The translations under genes and the position numbers were made by a program. 64,000 nt of DNA from a virus (lineage: Duplodnaviria > Caudoviricetes), in the IMG/VR virus record IMGVR_UViG_3300028888_000125, positions 5,567-69,566 of that record, one strand, 5' to 3'. Below, piece by piece: positions 45,935 through 55,296 of this stretch (its first letter is position 1; every line of letters begins with the position of its first letter). The notes beneath the pieces are model-generated. The model made no database searches and had not been told where the DNA came from. It saw only the letters and a program-made list of their open reading frames with translations.

Positions 45935-46465
45935 ATGCCAGAATATAGTACACATATTGAACAGGAATTGGCGGAGAGAGTTTTCCCTGTTTTCGTGGCG
46001 GAGTACTACGATCCCCTCATTTCGAAATATTTCATGACGCCACAGCAAGATCCAGGTCCGATGGTAGATGGGGTGCCGTTGTCTCATGAAGAATACAAAG
46101 CTCTTCATCCGGATTATGAAATCCCACCTCAATGGACTCCTAGAACCATCTATCAAACGTTCGATTTGGATATGAGCCGTTCGTTCCGTTCTACAAAGGA
46201 ACTGATCGACATGCTTGCGAATGGCGTGCCGTTCAAATTTGAGAATCGTGACGATATGTTGATATCGGTTGCCATTGCCGATGCATTTCTGGTTCTGTTA
46301 CAGCAGGTTCGAAATCGTATGCCCGTTGAGGATTTCATCGAGCTCACATCCAACTACATCCATACGCTTAAAACGACGAGAGATACTCTTATCAAAATCG
46401 AAACGGCCAACGGAAGTAAAAATACGCAGCATATGACCGTGTCTGATTTCATCCAGTTCCTGTAG
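45935..46465 (+). CDS. Hypothetical protein
   Basis: 176 aa; GGGAG upstream. Confidence 0.6.
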   Translation: MPEYSTHIEQELAERVFPVFVAEYYDPLISKYFMTPQQDPGPMVDGVPLSHEEYKALHPDYEIPPQWTPRTIYQTFDLDMSRSFRSTKELIDMLANGVPFKFENRDDMLISVAIADAFLVLLQQVRNRMPVEDFIELTSNYIHTLKTTRDTLIKIETANGSKNTQHMTVSDFIQFL

Positions 46466-46475
46466 GAGAAGTTTC

Positions 46476-48200
46476 ATGACTCAATTCCAACCACAACTAT
46501 CTCCTCAAATGGAGGCGAATGTTGGTGACATTATTGGTGTCAAGACAGGGTCTCATCTGGGGGATTCCCAGACAAATATCCGTATTTCGGATCGACCGAA
46601 GCGTTCCTGCTACGATATCCAGGTACTCTTTCACGGCATCAACACGGTTACCAAAAAGAAATATGAGTATGCCCCTGATCAGGTCACACTCTTTTCTCTA
46701 AACCAAAACTACGATATTAACTGGCAGGATGACATCGAAGTAGAGTTGACAATTTTTTCAACAACGTTTTTGCTTCTTTTCTATAATCTGCAAGACCTCC
46801 TCTGCAATATCACGGTTCGTCGTAAAGGCCAGAATGATGACATTGTAGACGGAATCGATAATGATGAAAAGGAAGTTCTTACGTTGGAGAACTACCATGC
46901 CATTCTCAAGTCAGATCAGGATATCCGGAAGATCATCCCAAAGGAGTCGCTTGTTCCAACAGACACGGACTTGAATACACAAGAGACGACGTCCATGCGA
47001 ATGGACCATGTCCGCTTCCAGCTTATGGACGACTTTTCTTACACGCTCCGTACAAAGCGCATGAATTTCATGTCTAGAGATACGAAGCTTCGGGATGCGA
47101 TTATCTCCATCGTGGCTAAATCTGGTATCAAAAAGATCGCCATTGTCGACCCCGATAATACGACGGAGTATAAGAATTTCATCATTCCGCCCATGCTGAC
47201 GCTTCCCGAAACAATGCTGTTTCTGCAGGATTATTACGGTGTGTATAATAAAGGTATGGGATTCTACTACACGGACGATACATTCTTTGTCTATCCAAAA
47301 TATGAAACAAATCCTCAGATACCACCAACTCCGAAACCGATTACTCACTTCTACTACATTGGTGAAAACAAGTATCCCGCTCTAGATGTCAATCATGCCA
47401 TAGATAGTGAGTTTGAGGGACGAAACGGGAATACACATGTTATTATCAATTCATCAGCCGATGTTCAGGATAGAACAAAGAAGGGAATGGAAAACGTCGC
47501 TTCTGGATTCTTCCTTCAGCACGATGACCGTGTCATCGACGATTGGCGTTACATTCATGAACCGATCGGAGAGCATTTCGCCACACAGGGATTGGGTCGT
47601 ATCGTTATCCCACGGGAACCCAATATGGAGACACTTCTGGACAAGGATGAAAAGATTGGTATTACGAAAGATTCTAACAATATCATCTTCGCTCAGTCGT
47701 TTTGCAATATCTACAAATACAAATCCTATTCGGCAGATTATCGACGTAGCGAAGTCTTCTTCCGCTGGCCGAATGCTGTTCCAAACCAGTTCCGACCAGG
47801 ATACCGAATTGAGTGGCATTACGATGATGAAGATCCCGCCTCTCGTGATCCCGATCAGGAATATGGGGTCAATAGCTACCGTTATATGACAAAGACGGGA
47901 ATCGTAGAATCTGCTTCATTTATCTTCACCCCCGAATCAAGGGATTCACGCTGGCGATATGTCTATTATTGCAATGCGGATATTCTGATTACAATTGACA
48001 AGGAAGAAGCGGAACCTCTCTCTAAGGACTACGAAGAGACTTCCGTGGATGAAGCTCTTGTCAATCGTGAAGCTTCCGCTGGTGGTGAGAATGTTGGTGC
48101 CTTGTCTACGGGTACGGTTGGCCAGAGAGCCGTTGCCACTGCAGATAAGACAGAAACTACTTTAAGCTCTGGTCAGCGCGTAAACTTCTTCAAAACATAA
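46476..48200 (+). CDS. Virion structural protein, baseplate-hub-like
   Basis: 574 aa, SD AGGAG. LQDYYGVYNKGMGFYY and W.NA.P..F.PG motifs recalled from phiKZ-like hub proteins. Confidence 0.55.
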   Translation: MTQFQPQLSPQMEANVGDIIGVKTGSHLGDSQTNIRISDRPKRSCYDIQVLFHGINTVTKKKYEYAPDQVTLFSLNQNYDINWQDDIEVELTIFSTTFLLLFYNLQDLLCNITVRRKGQNDDIVDGIDNDEKEVLTLENYHAILKSDQDIRKIIPKESLVPTDTDLNTQETTSMRMDHVRFQLMDDFSYTLRTKRMNFMSRDTKLRDAIISIVAKSGIKKIAIVDPDNTTEYKNFIIPPMLTLPETMLFLQDYYGVYNKGMGFYYTDDTFFVYPKYETNPQIPPTPKPITHFYYIGENKYPALDVNHAIDSEFEGRNGNTHVIINSSADVQDRTKKGMENVASGFFLQHDDRVIDDWRYIHEPIGEHFATQGLGRIVIPREPNMETLLDKDEKIGITKDSNNIIFAQSFCNIYKYKSYSADYRRSEVFFRWPNAVPNQFRPGYRIEWHYDDEDPASRDPDQEYGVNSYRYMTKTGIVESASFIFTPESRDSRWRYVYYCNADILITIDKEEAEPLSKDYEETSVDEALVNREASAGGENVGALSTGTVGQRAVATADKTETTLSSGQRVNFFKT

Positions 48201-48207
48201 CAGAATG

Positions 48208-48239
48208 TAGCTCTCCTGGTTTGTATCCCAGGAGAGCTA
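48208..48239. terminator. Bidirectional terminator
   Basis: 12-bp stem TAGCTCTCCTGG/CCAGGAGAGCTA between convergent genes. Confidence 0.75.
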
Positions 48240-48295
48240 TTACTATTTTACAAATATGCCGCTATTATATGTTAGGAGGCCGCAAGGTTTCCTAA

Positions 48296-49429
48296 TCAGA
48301 GGGGCAGTGTGTCTATTTCACGAGTAACCTGTTCCACAAGGGAAATATACAGCTCACGATAACGAGGATCGCGTATTCGCATAGACGTCTTTCGCCGTTC
48401 CATACGGCCGACGTACTTCCGGAACAGCTTGAATTCGTTCTTGAGCTGGCTCTTTCCAATCATGTGGAAATATTTGGCTAACAGGAGAATATAGGGAACA
48501 CTAATGATAAAGTCTAGATGATAATGGTCAGTACGCTCAGGTACACTGCATGTTTGGTCGATCTCGTTCATGACATCGATCAACGAATAGCTTCCAAACC
48601 ATTCGAAGCTCAGCAGAGATCCAATGGGTGTATTGTGCACGTTATTGCTGGCGTACACTTCATTAATGTTACGGATTGCCTTCTCGACGTTGCTACTGCT
48701 GATGGAGAACACCGGGCCGATGGAAATCTGCCGAGGATCAAAATCAGCGGAGCACATGGATATCAGAATGTTCGTAATCCAGATTCGCATGGCGTCATCG
48801 AAGATACCGGGAAGAAGGAAATACTTGATGAACGCTTTCTTTGCAAGAAGCTGTTCGTTTTCGTCTTCCAGGTATTGTACGTAACGGGCATACATGAAAG
48901 CTATCGCCATCGGGTCAACCGTTGCGACGAAGTATTCAGGAACCTGCTCAAACGACAACTGATAGGAGTCGAACGAGTTGAAGAGTTCCAGACTTGGATA
49001 GTGAATGACTCGGACAGGTCGTACCTCTCGCCAATACCGAAACGGTTTGTCGAGCGGCAGATCCGTCAATGGTTCTCTGTGTTCAACGCTGACGATAATC
49101 TCCTTTGTTGGTTCCTTGCAGAATGTTCGTTCAATATGACGAACAGCAAGTTCTGGATCAAAGAGGTTTGTAACGTCACCGTTTAGATAACCAGCCAGAT
49201 CCAGGTATTTTTCGAAATCACTGGAGCCGTTGTTAATATAGGAAACAGGAATCTTGTCGAGGAGAGCTTCGAGAAACCGAGTCAGTTTCGTATCGATATA
49301 CGCGGATGAGATAAAACGGTTTCTGTAGTGCCGAATCCTCGCAGACATCGTCGCCATGAAGTACTGCCAGGCCTTAATTTGACGGACTGGTTGACTAGGG
49401 TGAATATGCGAGAGGAACAGGTTCAGCAT
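48296..49429 (-). CDS. Conserved phiKZ-like protein divergently upstream of chimallin (gp52-like)
   Basis: 377 aa; synteny; W..VRPVRVI.YP motif. Confidence 0.5.
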   Translation of the reverse strand: MLNLFLSHIHPSQPVRQIKAWQYFMATMSARIRHYRNRFISSAYIDTKLTRFLEALLDKIPVSYINNGSSDFEKYLDLAGYLNGDVTNLFDPELAVRHIERTFCKEPTKEIIVSVEHREPLTDLPLDKPFRYWREVRPVRVIHYPSLELFNSFDSYQLSFEQVPEYFVATVDPMAIAFMYARYVQYLEDENEQLLAKKAFIKYFLLPGIFDDAMRIWITNILISMCSADFDPRQISIGPVFSISSSNVEKAIRNINEVYASNNVHNTPIGSLLSFEWFGSYSLIDVMNEIDQTCSVPERTDHYHLDFIISVPYILLLAKYFHMIGKSQLKNEFKLFRKYVGRMERRKTSMRIRDPRYRELYISLVEQVTREIDTLPL

Positions 49430-49538
49430 AGAGAACGTGACCTTCTGATAGATATAATGAATGGGTAGGTAGGCATAAAATGTTTTTCATAGAAATACTG
49501 AATGCCCGTACCGAAATATTTCATTACAGACACGAGTA

Positions 49539-49556
49539 TATATTACGATAAGGATA
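49539..49556 (+). promoter_or_regulatory. Early promoter motif upstream of the chimallin-like gene
   Basis: TATATTAC at 49539-49546. Confidence 0.55.
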
Positions 49557-49631
49557 CATGTCGTATCAATAAGTTTGTCCTGTTTGACAGACTTAGTGTT
49601 GCAACACACAAAACAAAGAGGAAAAAGAAAA

Positions 49632-51452
49632 ATGAGTGAATCTCCGTTTGGCGATCTCGTCAATGGCGGCAACAACGCCGCACCAACTGTCACCCCGTCG
49701 TCCGCTCCTGCGGGAAATGCCGCTCCCGCGGCACAGGCTCCAACCCAGGCAGCACCTGTCGTAAACACACAGCCGGTCGCTCGAAGCATTTCGGATTTCC
49801 AGCTTTCGACCAACTTCCTCCGTCCGACCTTGATGACCAAGGCTGGCGAAAAGTTCGTTGATGATCTGCGTTCCGAATCCGCTCGCGCCGCCGAAGCCGT
49901 CCACTTTTCACTGAACATCCAGCCCGTGAGCTATATCGAATCCTGCGCTGGTATTGCCGTGACGGACGCTCCGACGAATCCGAACTACGTGTTCCTCCTG
50001 GTGTTCGCCGATTCTCTCCAGGATCGTTCCGCAAGCAAACTCCCGGCTGACTTCGCAACCCGCATCCTCAAACAGTCTGGCCTGCTTCCGAAGGGCTATG
50101 ACGTGAACATGCACACGGGTGAAGTCTTCACGCGCAGCGGCGCTGAACTTGGCAAGACTCCGTCCCTGATCGGTGTCAAAACCGTCGATCCCACGGACTA
50201 CGTCAATCCGGAAAAGATCATGCGTCTGATCTACAATCGGTTCTCCACGCTCATGCACATTGAGCACACGATGACGATCAACAGCATCCTCAATCCGAAC
50301 GAATCCCTGTACATTTCCACGAATCTCGACACGGTCCGCAACTTCACCGAATTCTACTCGATGGATACGGTTCCGCCGCGCTGCGACTACGGCTTCGTGG
50401 CCTACATCGCCCCGACCGCCTATCTGGCCGATCTGAAGAATCGAAACCAGATGAATCTCGTGAACACAGCGTCCGAAGGATTCAAGCCGCTCGTCGGCTG
50501 CGCCGGTTATACTACGTTCATGCTGAAGCCGCAAAATTTCTACAGCATGAACAATCAGCTCGTCGCGAATCCGTATGCGCCTGTTCCGCCGCCGTTCATG
50601 CCGGCTGTCCATTTCGAAGTGATCTCACCTGTGTCGTCTCTGCGTCTCGCCGTTCTGGCGCAGGCTCTTGCCGCGCAGTATTTCATCAAGGATCGTCTCT
50701 GGATGGCACCGTTCAACACGTTCAGCGAAAACAGCCCGTTCAACCTGGGTCGTCTCCTCCTGAATCAGCAGGAACGCGTCTTCGACGTGGTTGACAGCCA
50801 GCAGAAACTGAACCAGTACTTCATGCAGTATATCGACGGCGCCAACCCGCTGCTGATCATGGATGTTGTTGAAGGTCGTGACTGCATCACGGGAAGCAAC
50901 ACGTTTGCGATGCCGACCATGGCACCTGCCGTGGCTGGTTTGCTGAATGCGTTCTTCGAAGATCCGAACTTCATGATAGTCGATCCGAAGAACGGCAACG
51001 CTCCGTGGATGATCAACAACATGGTCTGGCGGAATATCATCGGTATCTACCAGAACGAACGTTCGGAATACCGCGATATCCGTGAGCTTGACCAGTTGCG
51101 CGTCGGCACCCTCCTGGATCCGAAGCAGGTCGATCCCAGCATTTGGGATCTGCTCCAGAACCAGAGCTTCAAGCCGCAGGCGTTGATCGAAGGTCTGAAG
51201 GAACACTTCAAGACTGTCAAGCCTCTGTATCTCCAGTATGCCATCCCGTTGGCAGCCACCTTCGTGAACAGTCTCGCGTCTCGTATCGTGACGGCTCTCG
51301 GCGCCCGTATCTATACGGACATCATCGAATCCTCCAGCGGAAACGTCATGTTGGGTCAGTTCGTCACCCAGCAGAACTACGCGGGCAATCTCTCCAGCGG
51401 TGGTACCTATCAGTGGGGCTACTCGCAGACGGCAGGCCTTAATTTCATCTAA
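49632..51452 (+). CDS. chmA: Chimallin (phage nuclear shell protein), divergent
   Basis: 606 aa with Ala/Pro/Gln low-complexity N-arm and Gly-rich C-tail, extreme codon bias and its own terminator. Lies immediately upstream of the non-virion RNAP beta' N subunit, as gp54-gp55 in phiKZ. Confidence 0.72.
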   Translation: MSESPFGDLVNGGNNAAPTVTPSSAPAGNAAPAAQAPTQAAPVVNTQPVARSISDFQLSTNFLRPTLMTKAGEKFVDDLRSESARAAEAVHFSLNIQPVSYIESCAGIAVTDAPTNPNYVFLLVFADSLQDRSASKLPADFATRILKQSGLLPKGYDVNMHTGEVFTRSGAELGKTPSLIGVKTVDPTDYVNPEKIMRLIYNRFSTLMHIEHTMTINSILNPNESLYISTNLDTVRNFTEFYSMDTVPPRCDYGFVAYIAPTAYLADLKNRNQMNLVNTASEGFKPLVGCAGYTTFMLKPQNFYSMNNQLVANPYAPVPPPFMPAVHFEVISPVSSLRLAVLAQALAAQYFIKDRLWMAPFNTFSENSPFNLGRLLLNQQERVFDVVDSQQKLNQYFMQYIDGANPLLIMDVVEGRDCITGSNTFAMPTMAPAVAGLLNAFFEDPNFMIVDPKNGNAPWMINNMVWRNIIGIYQNERSEYRDIRELDQLRVGTLLDPKQVDPSIWDLLQNQSFKPQALIEGLKEHFKTVKPLYLQYAIPLAATFVNSLASRIVTALGARIYTDIIESSSGNVMLGQFVTQQNYAGNLSSGGTYQWGYSQTAGLNFI

Positions 51453-51471
51453 GCGAAAATCCGTCTAGTTT

Positions 51472-51503
51472 CCCCCAGCTCGTGGTTATCTGCGAGCTGG
51501 GGG
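51472..51503 (+). terminator. Terminator after the chimallin-like gene
   Basis: CCCCCAGCTCG/CGAGCTGGGGG stem. Confidence 0.7.
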
Positions 51504-51531
51504 TGTTCTCAATTTTTTAAAGGAAATTACC

Positions 51532-52980
51532 ATGATACAGAAAAAGTTGAGACCGAAGCTGGTTGATTTTGATAAAGAGTTCGAGAATACGCCGAATGCG
51601 AGAATCGTCCCGTGCGGTATTGAGGCAACGACTCAAGAAGATCCGATGCAGACAAACAAGGATCTCTTCTTCCTCATGGGTGACGACCCGTTGACGGTAA
51701 TTGCATCATGTAACTGTGGAGAACTTCGCGGAAATTACTACGATGGTCTTGAATGTCCCATCTGCAAGACGGTCTGTCAGACCCGTTTCGTCAAGGAACT
51801 GAAGTTCAAGATGTTCTACGAAGTTCCGGAGTTCTGTCCACCCGTTTTGCATCCTATCGCCTACGTTGTGCTGAACAAATGGCTAGGTAGTGCGAAAAAT
51901 GGAAAAGCGTCACTCCTGGACAGAATCCTGAATCCGCGAGAACAACTCCCGGACGATCTTGTTGGACTCATTCCGCAGGGATATCGGGCTTTCTACGAAA
52001 ACTTCGATGACATCATGCGGTTCTTCTTGCATGAATACAAGAAGTTCCAGAATGCGGCTGGTCGAAAACGAATGGCGTTCATCCCCGCCTTTCTAAGAGA
52101 GTATCGGAACATAATCTTTGTACGGCACATCCCCGTCCTGAATGAATCGCTGCACATGCTGACGAGTTCAGGTACCATGCTGTATACGGACGAAGCCGTT
52201 TATCCTCTCTTGGACATGAAGACGAAGATGACCGCTATCATCAACGACTATTCCGTCGGCAAGAAGAATCAAGAGACGTACATGCTTGGTCGGCTCTTCG
52301 CCTTCTCAAAGGCATCGGTCGCCTATATCACATCCATCATTGATACGAAGCTTGTTCACAAGGCAGGACATATCAGACGTTCTGTCATGGGAACACGGTT
52401 GCATTGCACATTCCGAGCGGTCATTGTTCAACATGATGGAGTCGTTCGGAGTGATGAAGTCTATCTTCCATGGAAACTGGGTGTCACGATTTATGAACTG
52501 GAGATCGAGAATCTCCTCATGCATCGGTATAACTTCAGTATGCCAGAAGCGGTCGAACGAACACGAACGGCTGTACTGGCGTACGATCCACTCATCGACG
52601 AAATTCTTCAGACACTCATTCGCGAATGTCAGGAAGGAACAGGCAGACGTGGCCTGCCCATTCTTTTTGGACGTAACCCCACTATTCGTATAGGGGGTAT
52701 CATGCTCTTGTTCGTGACAAAGATCAAGCCAGATATCAACGACGATACCGTTAGTATTTGTGCCAAGATTTGTCCTGCCGCGAACTTCGACTTTGATGGT
52801 GATGCCATGAATGGGCTCTCTATCAAGGAGCAAGACAAAGTAGACGTCTATATGAAACTCCATCCACGAGTGCTGCTACTAGCATCTGGTGAGATTGGTA
52901 TTTCTTCTGATGTTAAGCTGACCTCCCCAGTCATGTGCGCTTTGAACGCGTGGCTGACAGATCCATCTCAGTTCGATTAG
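51532..52980 (+). CDS. rpoC: Non-virion RNA polymerase beta' subunit, N-terminal part (phiKZ gp55-like)
   Basis: Zinc finger CNCG...CPIC, GTRLHCTFRAVI, GRNPTI and catalytic NFDFDGD. Confidence 0.9.
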   Translation: MIQKKLRPKLVDFDKEFENTPNARIVPCGIEATTQEDPMQTNKDLFFLMGDDPLTVIASCNCGELRGNYYDGLECPICKTVCQTRFVKELKFKMFYEVPEFCPPVLHPIAYVVLNKWLGSAKNGKASLLDRILNPREQLPDDLVGLIPQGYRAFYENFDDIMRFFLHEYKKFQNAAGRKRMAFIPAFLREYRNIIFVRHIPVLNESLHMLTSSGTMLYTDEAVYPLLDMKTKMTAIINDYSVGKKNQETYMLGRLFAFSKASVAYITSIIDTKLVHKAGHIRRSVMGTRLHCTFRAVIVQHDGVVRSDEVYLPWKLGVTIYELEIENLLMHRYNFSMPEAVERTRTAVLAYDPLIDEILQTLIRECQEGTGRRGLPILFGRNPTIRIGGIMLLFVTKIKPDINDDTVSICAKICPAANFDFDGDAMNGLSIKEQDKVDVYMKLHPRVLLLASGEIGISSDVKLTSPVMCALNAWLTDPSQFD

Positions 52981-53007
52981 ATATAACGTTGATGTAGCGT
53001 GTTGTAG

Positions 53008-53186
53008 TGAGAATTGCCGGAATTGGCAAACGGTTGCTCTGCAAGGACCTGAAGCAGTTGTACCTGATATATTGGACCTTTTCCCTATATGCAGTCTTGG
53101 GGTGGAGCGGGATACCTATCCGTAAGGACGGTACGCTGGAGTTCGAGTCTCCATAAAAGGTGCTGTGACTGATAGCCTGATCTCAA
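53008..53186 (+). ncRNA. tRNA-like structured RNA (non-canonical)
   Basis: D-arm-like CCG-GAATTGGCAAA-CGG (53017-53033), T-arm TGGAG-TTCGAGT-CTCCA (53137-53153), GNRA hairpin and helix 53076-82/53155-61. No canonical cloverleaf or CCA. Confidence 0.45.
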
Positions 53187-53235
53187 TACGCGATTTGACG
53201 TTTGAAATAGGTGTATGTTGACTAAGGAGGAAACT

Positions 53236-53511
53236 ATGAATTCGTTTGAGGAATTTCGTGCCGCAATGCTTCGGCGAATCGCAACCGTCGTGCACGTGGC
53301 GACGGTCCGGTCTACCGATAAAGTGAAAGATCTTGAAGTGGATGATCTCTATTTCAAGAACATCGTCATGTCGGCTGAATGCTTGACGGGTCGTGACATT
53401 CCGGAAGCGACCGTGGAAGAATTGTCGAAGAAGATTGTGAAGTCTGAAAAGACGGTTCAGGAAATGCTTGAGACGATCTGGAACACGGATCGTGAGGAGG
53501 CAATCGCATGA
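53236..53511 (+). CDS. Hypothetical protein
   Basis: ATG after AAGGAGG; 91 aa. Confidence 0.65.
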   Translation: MNSFEEFRAAMLRRIATVVHVATVRSTDKVKDLEVDDLYFKNIVMSAECLTGRDIPEATVEELSKKIVKSEKTVQEMLETIWNTDREEAIA

Positions 53512-54152
53512 ATGCACCTCTGAGTGCTGCGCCATCAGCAGCCGCCCTCCTGGGGACTTTCCGAACAACGGAAGTTATGGACCAGGTTATGCAGTCCTGG
53601 GGAAACGGCGATAACAGCGGTGTTCTCTTTGGATTGCGTGGCGATCCCTATGCGGAACGCTTCAAAAATTTCATGAACATTACAATCAACAATATCTCAG
53701 AATCCAATGCGGTTGCACTGGCGATTGCGAACAGTACAGAGCAGGAAGAGACCTATGTGCCGATTCAGACTCTGGACGATCTGGCGTATCCGACCCCGAC
53801 GATGCAAGTCGTTATCTCGATGTATGAGCCTGTCCGCCAGCTTATTCTGGATGAGAAAATCGCAGGATATCCAGGCATCTCGAAGGAGTATCTAGAAGAG
53901 GAAGATGACAACCCCTACGAGCGCTTGGCGATTAAGAACGGACTGGCCGTCTACGACAAGAACAACCCGTATTATCAGGACATGATGACATGGGAATGGA
54001 GAAGTAGCGACCCAGATTTAAAGGATGAGGAACTGGAAGCGATTCGGACAACCTATGGATTCATCGACTCGTTCCTGGAAAGGGAACTCAGTCCGAAAGG
54101 AGAGCGTAGAGATCCAACCGATCCATATTACTCGAATATCGGTACGTACTGA
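53508..54152 (+). CDS. Conserved phiKZ-like hypothetical protein
   Basis: 214 aa; PTPTMQ.VI.MYEPVRQL...I.GY motif; ATGA overlap. Confidence 0.6.
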   Translation: MNAPLSAAPSAAALLGTFRTTEVMDQVMQSWGNGDNSGVLFGLRGDPYAERFKNFMNITINNISESNAVALAIANSTEQEETYVPIQTLDDLAYPTPTMQVVISMYEPVRQLILDEKIAGYPGISKEYLEEEDDNPYERLAIKNGLAVYDKNNPYYQDMMTWEWRSSDPDLKDEELEAIRTTYGFIDSFLERELSPKGERRDPTDPYYSNIGTY

Positions 54153-54160
54153 AAACAACG

Positions 54161-54196
54161 CGAGACGTAGGGAGTGTCATAGCTCCCTACGTCTCG
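54161..54196 (+). terminator. Terminator hairpin
   Basis: 14-bp stem CGAGACGTAGGGAG/CTCCCTACGTCTCG. Confidence 0.7.
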
Positions 54197-54238
54197 TCAT
54201 TAGATGCATCCCTTTATTTTTTCTCAAGAGGAGAAACT

Positions 54239-54652
54239 ATGAGCGAAGTCATCCCTACTCTCTATGTTAACAAACCGATCATCGAAACGACTCCTGAAAA
54301 AGTAGCCTACATGATCAAGCAGTTACTCTACAATCCAGGCAACATTTCATCCTGTTTTGAGCCTTATCTTTTATCGTCCAGAAAAGCCGTATCGTTCAAT
54401 AAGCGGGAGCCTTCGATCATGGCTTCCGCAATCGCCGCACAGTTGAACGGTGTTCTGACACATCATGGGCTTTCGGCAGAAGTCACTTACACACAACCAA
54501 AGGATACACCTTTTCAGTGTCATTTGATTATTACCGTCAAGGATGGTGGTGGAAACCTTGTCACTCAAATGGACGACTTTGCTATTTTGGCAGATGGACA
54601 GATGGTATTGACGGCGGCATACAAGCAAGATAACGTTTATGGAAATCAGTGA
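54239..54652 (+). CDS. Conserved phiKZ-like small protein (possibly gp25-like fold)
   Basis: 137 aa, SD GAGGAG; N-terminal IPTL motif. Confidence 0.45.
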   Translation: MSEVIPTLYVNKPIIETTPEKVAYMIKQLLYNPGNISSCFEPYLLSSRKAVSFNKREPSIMASAIAAQLNGVLTHHGLSAEVTYTQPKDTPFQCHLIITVKDGGGNLVTQMDDFAILADGQMVLTAAYKQDNVYGNQ

Positions 54653-54663
54653 GGTGAACTCAC

Positions 54664-55296
54664 ATGGATACGGAATACGCATACCGAGTAGACCAGCTCT
54701 CTTCAAAGTTTCTGCAGGGAAAACGTCAACAGCACAATGCCGTTGCTAGTCAGATTCTAGCAGTCTTGAAGATCGAGTCTTACAGACGAAACACGATTAC
54801 ACTGTCCGAATTCTCCAAGTATCTTCCTATTTTCGATACGAAACTAGTTAGTAAGATGAGCTACGAGGATTCCGTCTATCTGGGGCAGGAGTGGGCAAGT
54901 CGCATTGATCCGTACGAGGAAGTCCGAATCGTTGAGTACGAGGACTCCAAGGAACCTCTCTTTGTTCTCCCAGCTCTCTACACACGAGTTCCTTCCGTCA
55001 ATATGGCTGGCGCTGCCGGTCTTTATGCTGAGGAGGCTCTTACCAAAAATGTTGCAAACGATTCTCCGATATCGACAGATGCTGAACGATGCACTCGTCG
55101 ATATGCTGACATACTCGATAGGGTTCGACATATTGTTCGGCCGTACTACGAAGCTAGGCAGAATCAATATGCCAAAACGATGGATGATTTGAAAAAGAAA
55201 AATATCCTGTCATCGAATGAAATTCCTACAAAGAAAGAACAGGCGCCCGAACAGGCGGAATCATCCAATCTTGAACTTATCGAAGAACCCTTATGA
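54664..55296 (+). CDS. Conserved hypothetical protein
   Basis: 210 aa, SD GAGGTG. Confidence 0.6.
   Translation: MDTEYAYRVDQLSSKFLQGKRQQHNAVASQILAVLKIESYRRNTITLSEFSKYLPIFDTKLVSKMSYEDSVYLGQEWASRIDPYEEVRIVEYEDSKEPLFVLPALYTRVPSVNMAGAAGLYAEEALTKNVANDSPISTDAERCTRRYADILDRVRHIVRPYYEARQNQYAKTMDDLKKKNILSSNEIPTKKEQAPEQAESSNLELIEEPL

Noticed and set aside
53008-53160. Canonical tRNA-Cys(GCA) or tRNA-Leu(CAA)
   Set aside because: The anticodon stem does not close with a 7-nt loop, the 5' acceptor strand does not pair after the T-arm, and there is no CCA.
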